Notes under the pieces: generated by a model
Database searches by the model: none
What the model was told of the DNA's origin: nothing
What the model saw: the letters and a program-made list of their open reading frames with translations, nothing else
Made by a program: the position numbers and the translations under genes
In this document: positions 58,579 to 64,000 of the stretch, piece after piece
Layout of the letters: each line of letters starts with the position of its first letter
Numbering within the stretch: position 1 is the first letter of the stretch
NCBI GenBank assembly: GCA_014905635.1
Contig: JABVCE010000012.1
Coordinates: 1 to 64,000 of the forward strand
Direction of reading: 5' to 3'
DNA length: 64,000 nucleotides
DNA from: Scenedesmus sp. PABB004
Taxonomy: Eukaryota

Positions 58579-59564
58579 TTAAGTCCCCTCCAACTCATCC
58601 CAGTTCGACTCTTCTTCCGGCGCCGCGGGCTGCGCTAGGATCCACGTGACCAGGGCCTCGTGGCCATTGCCTGCCGCTGCGTGCTTGCACTCGCGGCGCC
58701 ACCAGGGGCAGCCACTGGCGCGCAGCCAGCGCAGCGCCTCCAGGCGCCCGCACTCGGCCGCGATGGAGCACACGCCGGTGTCCCACGGCGCGGGCTCGGC
58801 CTGGGCGCGCGCCCAGCGCAGCATCTCCACGTCGCCGCGCGCCGCGGCCCAAAAGCACACGTCTTCGCCCCAGGGCAGCGGCGGCGCCTGCGCGCGCGCC
58901 CAGCGCAGCAGCGCCATGTGCCCGCCCCCGGCTGCTCCAAGGCACACGTCCCTGAGGTCCAGCCCCTGGTCGCGCCCCCACTCCACCACGGCAAACTCGC
59001 CGTTGCACGCTGCCATGCCGCACACTCTGTAGTCCATGTCCCAGCCGGCGCTGCGCAGCCAGGCCAGGCCCGCCACGTCGCCGCACGCTGCGCGCGCCTT
59101 TGCCAGCTGCCGCTGCTGCCGTCGTCTCCCCCCACCGCCCGCCACGCCTCCTGCACCGCCGCCAGCGGCAGCTCTGGGCAGCGCAGCGAGATCGCGCCGC
59201 GGAAGCGGTCGCGCGCCGCCTTGCAGACCAGCTTGGCGGCCCACGCCCGCAGGTCCGGCGGCAGGAAGCTCAGGACGTGGAGCATGAGCGGCTCGGGCAG
59301 GTCTGTCCACGGGCTGCGGGCGGCGCGGCGGGGCGAGAGGGGGTGAGCAGGTGGGGGGGGGGGGGCGGGGACGGTGAGCTGGCGTGCAGCACCTGCTGGA
59401 GCTGCCTCTCGTTGCTGCGCGCCCGCCAGTCAATCAGCAGACGCACCTCGCCTCCTGGTCGCTGGGCGCTCCGCCGCCTGCTGGCGCCGCCGGCGGCGCA
59501 GCGGCGCCGCTGCGCACGCGAGCGACAGACCGGCGAGCGAGAGTGCTGCCGGCGGCGACGCCAT
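58579..59564 (-). CDS. F-box-like plus ankyrin-like repeat protein, copy 2
   Basis: WTDLPEPLMLHVLSFLP and the same repeats as copy 1; core nearly identical to 44620-45000; indel near 59120. Confidence 0.72.
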
Positions 59565-60140
59565 GGCGTTGCCTGGGGGCCTGCCGGCCAGCAGGGAGCA
59601 GCAGGCGGCGGCGGCAGCGGGCGCGAGCGCGCGGGCGGCGTGAGCGCAGCAGCAGCAGCAGCGCGCGGCGCCCGGGCTCGCCCCGGCGCGGCGGCGCGGC
59701 GGCGGGCCTGCCAGCGGCGCTCGAGGCGCGCAGGCCCGGCGGCCCACGCCACACGCCCGCCACCCGCGCACCGCCGCAGCCCCCGCCGCCCGCAGCGGGC
59801 GCTGCGAGGCGCGGCCCGCCGCTGCCCTCTCCGCCCGCGCGCTGCTGGGCTCGCCTGACGCTGCGGTGGACGGGTCGGTCCGGCCGTCAGGCACCCGCAG
59901 GTCCGCACTTCACCTGGCCAGGGGCGCGCCGCGGGCGCGGGCGGGCGCTGGGCGGCGGCGGCGCGTGTGCGTACGGGGGAGCTGTGGGCCGCGGCGGCCG
60001 GCGCTCGTGTGCGTGTGTGGCAGGGGGGCGCTGAGGGCGGCGGCTGTGGGCGGCGGGACGGCGCGCGCGGGGGCCTCCTCGGCGGCGGCGCGGGCAGCCG
60101 GCCGGGCGGCGCCTGCGCCCTGGGCCCTGCACCGCCGCTG
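59565..60140 (-). repeat. Dispersed leader repeat, copy C, ending at the ATG of F-box/ankyrin copy 2
   Basis: Ends ...GGCAGGCCCCCAGGCAACGCC-ATG (ATG at 59564); colinear with copy B. Confidence 0.85.
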
Positions 60141-60255
60141 CTGGGCGCGGCCGCGACGGGGCGCTGCCCTGGGACCGGGGGCACGGGCGCGCCGCGTCCC
60201 AGTGCGCACCCTCGGGGGCCAGTTACGAGCATGACGGCAGCCTGTGCCTCCGCTC

Positions 60256-62492
60256 TCACCCCGCTGGCAACAGCCAGCGCAGGCTGGGCAGCGCGCGCAG
60301 CGCAGGCGCCGCCTCCAGCACCACGCCCTGGGCCAGGATGGCGGCTGGATGGAACGGCAGCGCCGCCATGGCCAGCGGCAGGACGAGTGCGACGCCCGCC
60401 ACCGCGGCGCCCGTGGCAGCGCCGCCGAGCGGCCGCACCGCAAGCGCGAGCTGCGCGCCGAGCCACGCGAGCCATAGCGCCAGCCATGGCAGCCACGCGC
60501 CGCCCAGGCAGTGCACCACGTGCGCGCCGGCGAACGAGCACACCACGCCCCGAAACACCAGCACGTCCAGCTGCCACGCCCTGCTCGGGCCGCCGCCGCG
60601 CGCGCGCCGCGCTCCCGTCCGCCCGCCAGCAGGCCCCGCCAGCTGCCGCGGAGCAGCGCGTACAGCACCGCCAGACCAGCAGCGAACAGCCCTGCACACG
60701 CGGCGGCGGCGGCGGGCAGACAGATGAGTGCAGCTTGCTCCCTGTGCTGCCGCCAGATGAGAGCGCCGCAGGCAGGCGCCGCGCCTCACCGAGCTGCTGC
60801 GCGCAGCAGCTGGCGTAGTCCCAGGCGCGCACGAGGCCGCCAGTGCCGGTGAGGCGCTGCTGCCAGCTGCTGCGCGGCTGCACCAGTTGCGCCCTGCACA
60901 GCTGCGGGGCGGCGGCGGCGGCGGGGCCGCGGTGTCGCGTGCACACGACGGCGCCGCGCGAGCGCGCCTGGCCGCACCCCCCCCCCCCTCCCCACACCGC
61001 CCACGCGCACCACGTGCACCTCCCACAGCCGCCCCACGCGCAGCGCCGTTGCGGCCAAGCCCAGGATCTGCAGCCCCAGGCCCAGCTGCGCCGCGCGCTC
61101 GCCCAGCGCCTGCTGCGCCGCGTGCGCCCCGGCGCGCTGCGCGGCGGCCGCCCAGCCCAGCGCCGTGTCGAGCCGCGTGACCAGCGCCTCCACGCCGCCG
61201 TGCAGGCGCGCCACGACGCCCACCATGCTGCCGGCCACCTGCGACGCGCCCTCCAGCGCAGCCGACAGGCGCGACAGCACCCTGCGCACGGCGGCGGGGG
61301 CGGGGCCGGCGTCGGGGGCAGCCGGCGGAGCGCCGGGCGCGCGGCGCGCTTCGCTGTGCTGCGCTGCGCTGCGCTGCGCAGGCCGCGCCCCTCCCGACCT
61401 GAGCGCAGGCACCACGAGCGCGTGCAGCGCGTCCGGCTGCGCCGTGATGACCACCTGCACAGGCCGCGCCTGCGACGACGGCGGGCCCGGCACCGCCTGG
61501 CCGGGCCACTGCTGCGCCGCCTGCAGCGCCAGCGCCAGCTGCGGCGGCTGCTGCTCATCCTCCTCCCACTCGTCCTGCTGCCCCGTGGCCCGGCGCCACG
61601 CCTCGCCAGCCCTGGCGCCCGGGCGGCTGCCCCAGCCGTGCCGCGCCTGCTGCACCGCGACGCCGCCGCGCCGGCGCCGCAGCAGCAGCCGCTCGGGGCG
61701 CGCCTTGCGCGGCCGGTGGTCGGGCGCGTCGCCTCGCAGGGCGCTGCTGGCGGGGCCCTCGGAGCCGCCGCCACAGCGCTCGGGCGCCGGAGCGCCGTCG
61801 TCGCGCGCGGCCTTTGCCGCTGCTGCGGCCGGCGCCGGCTCCGCCCGCTCGCCGCCCCCCGCCGTCGCCGGCTGCGGCAGCGCGGGCGCGCCGGCGGCGG
61901 CGCCTGCCACCACAGCCGGCCCCGCGCCGTGCCGCCGCGCCGCGCTGGCCAGCCAGCCCGCGGCAAAGACGGCGAGGTGCGTGAGCAGCGCCGCGCCGGC
62001 GCCCCAGTGCTGCTGCCGCGCCGGCTGCTGCTGCTGCTGCTGCCGCTGCTGCTGCTCGTCCGGCTGCTGCTGCTGCGCCTGCTGCTGCTGCTGCTCCAGC
62101 CGCTGCTCCAGCCGCTGCTGCTCCGCCTGCTGCTCCCCTCCCCCCTCCACCTGGCAGCAAGCTCCCCCGGCCAGCGGTGCGGGCGCCGGCGCCGGCGCAG
62201 CGGGGTTGCACGTGTGCGCCGCTGCGCCGCCGGCCTCCCCGCCCTCCGCGCCTGCGCCCGGCGGCGCACCGCGGCCGCCGTGCCGCGCCAGCAGCAGGTC
62301 GCTGAGGTCGGTGTAGCGCGCCCGTGCCGCCGCGCGCGCGCCCTCCCAGCTGCGGCCGGCGCCGGCGCCCCCGCGCGGCGCTGCGCCGCAGCCCGGGCCG
62401 GAGCACCCCGCGCCGCGCGGCGCCGCGCCCCACGCAAGCAGGGCCAGGCCCAGCAGCAGCAGCCGCGGCAGGGCGCGCCCCGGGGCGCGCAT
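60256..62492 (-). CDS. Hypothetical multi-pass membrane protein with signal peptide (multi-exon; 3' end uncertain)
   Basis: MRAPGRALPRLLLLGLALLAWG, a poly-Gln region, several hydrophobic segments in 3' exons, GT-AG introns. Confidence 0.5.
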
Positions 62493-62714
62493 GCTGCCCG
62501 CCCGCTCGCACGGGGCGGCTGTCGATCGACGACGGGACAGCACGGCGGCGGTCGGTGCGGCGCGGCGACTTGTCGCGGCGCCCTCTGTTTGGGAGAGGAT
62601 CGAGGAGAGTGGTGCGTGGGCAACGGCGCGTCGCTGGGGCGGGGGCGGGGCTCAGAAAACGAACCCAAGCGACTCACGGCAGCGGCGTCGCTTTTTTGTG
62701 CCGCCCCCGCGCCG

Positions 62715-62965
62715 CCGCCGCCGCCCGCAGGGCCGCTCGCCTAGCCCGTGCACTTAGCGGACCGGCCCGGCCGTCGGGGGCAGCAGGTCCGCGCCCCGCC
62801 TGGCCAGCGGCGCCGCGGGCGAGGGGCGGGCGGCGGCGACCGGCGGCGGCAGTGCGTGCGGAGGTGTGGGGCCACAGCCGGCCGGATATCATGCTGGGAT
62901 GCTGAGGGCGTGGCAGGGGTGCTGAGCGTCACGGCAGCTGTGGGCGGCAGCTGTGGGCGGCACCT
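62715..62965 (-). repeat. Diverged partial leader repeat, copy D
   Basis: CACTTAGCG...GCCCGGCCGTC...CCCCGCCTGGCCAG...GGCGGCAG.GCGTG...GCTGTGGGCG is shared with 57925-58135. Confidence 0.55.
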
Positions 62966-64000
62966 GCGCCAGCAGCGGCGCAGAGCAGTGGGCGCCGCCC
63001 GGTGAGCTTGCGCCGCCGAGCTGAGCGTGTCACCTATCGGCATCGATCGGCTTGACACCACAGAGGGCAGGCGCGCTGGCTCCCACCACCACCGGCGGCG
63101 GCAGCAGCGCCGATGCCGGGGGCAGCGGAGCGCACACACGCGGCGAGGTTGCTGCCCGGCGGCAGGCCCCTAACGGGCGTGGCTGCTAGCACAGAGCAGC
63201 TCCGCCGAGGCGAGGGGCGCGACAGCGTCGCCGTGCTGCGATCGGTGTTCGCAGGGCGTCAGATGCGCAGTGATGACCCGGCGCCCGCGGACAGCAGGCG
63301 CCCACGCGCGGGCGCGCCAAGGCATCGATCTCCGCGTACTGGACGCTGTGCGTGCGTCGCAGGGGCGCGCAGCGCCGAGCGCCGCGCGCGAAAACGCGGC
63401 GACCGGCCGATGCGGCGCAGCGCGGCGTCCGGCGCGGGCTTCGTGCGCCGAAAAATGCATGGCGCCCCAAATGAAAACATTTGGAGCGCACGCCGTAGCT
63501 GTTGCGGCGGCAGCGAGGGAGGGGTCGTATTTGTCCGCAAAGGCGACCGCATGTTACGTCCGCTGCTGTTGCGCGGGCGAGCTCGAGGTGCTTCTCCTGA
63601 CCGCTTCTCCGCAGCCCGCACTCGCACCCGGACCGGCACGCCCAGGCGCACGCTGCGCGCCGCGACCGCGTCGCAGTCGCCCCTCCAGCGGCCGCCCCGG
63701 TGAGCGGATGGTCCGGCGCCCGAGGGCGGCGGCTGCGCGGGCAGGCCATGCGGTCGTGGCCGGCGCGGGAGCTGCCCGCGCGCAGGCAGCGCGGCGCGCG
63801 GGCGTGGGCGGGCGCGCGACGCCAGGGCGGGCGCCCGGCGCCGCCTGAGCGCTGGGCCGCCCTGCAGCGCGGGGTCGGCCTGATCGCGGTCAGGGGGCGG
63901 CGTGTGCGGCAGTGCGGGCTCGGCAGCGCCGCGCCAGAAGCTGACGGCGCGAACTCGCCGCCCTGCCGGCCTCGCGTTCGTGCCGCCCCGCGCTGACCCG

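Noticed and set aside
18848..59564. Pseudogene calls from frameshifts (NAD synthetase ~19280 and ~19575, ankyrin genes, coiled-coil gene)
   Set aside because: Single-base indels in G/C runs or GC dinucleotide runs, even in a conserved housekeeping gene, fit sequencing error better; needs read checking.
57635..60140. LTR retrotransposon formed by leader copies B and C
   Set aside because: No TG...CA ends, primer-binding site, TSD or gag/pol, and the copies are clearly diverged.
63000..64000. Gene in the last kilobase
   Set aside because: No convincing coding frame or motif; probably promoter or intergenic DNA, or truncated by the window edge.

Overview
Very GC-rich (about 80% by eye) eukaryotic nuclear DNA. 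Short GC-rich spliceosomal introns and TGTAA poly(A) signals suggest a chlorophyte green alga; that assignment is inference. Scattered single-base homopolymer indels look like long-read assembly errors, and all gene models and domain calls were made by eye. Zone 1 (1-18.6 kb) is a nested pile of non-LTR retrotransposons around one AT-flanked tRNA-Ala(CGC) gene. An L1-like host is cut by one apparently full-length and seven truncated copies of a microsatellite-tailed (RTEX-like) LINE, most with readable target-site duplications (TSDs). The full-length copy appears to encode two Tudor-like domains fused to APE-RT-CCHC. Zone 2 (18.8-33.7 kb) holds a Gln-dependent NAD+ synthetase, a sulfotransferase-like gene and a coiled-coil gene built from 8 near-identical intron+exon units. 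Zone 3 (33.9-44.1 kb) is a 10 kb satellite of 21- and 31-bp monomers whose A4 tracts stay in helical phase. Zone 4 (44-64 kb) holds two F-box/ankyrin paralogs, an Mx-like dynamin, a C2+VASt lipid-transfer protein, an RluA-N-terminal-like protein and hypothetical genes. A dispersed 600-bp repeat with a putative 5'-UTR intron ends exactly at the ATG of unrelated genes. The best candidates for new biology are the Tudor-LINE with its clustering inside another transposon, the portable leader cassette, and the phased satellite.
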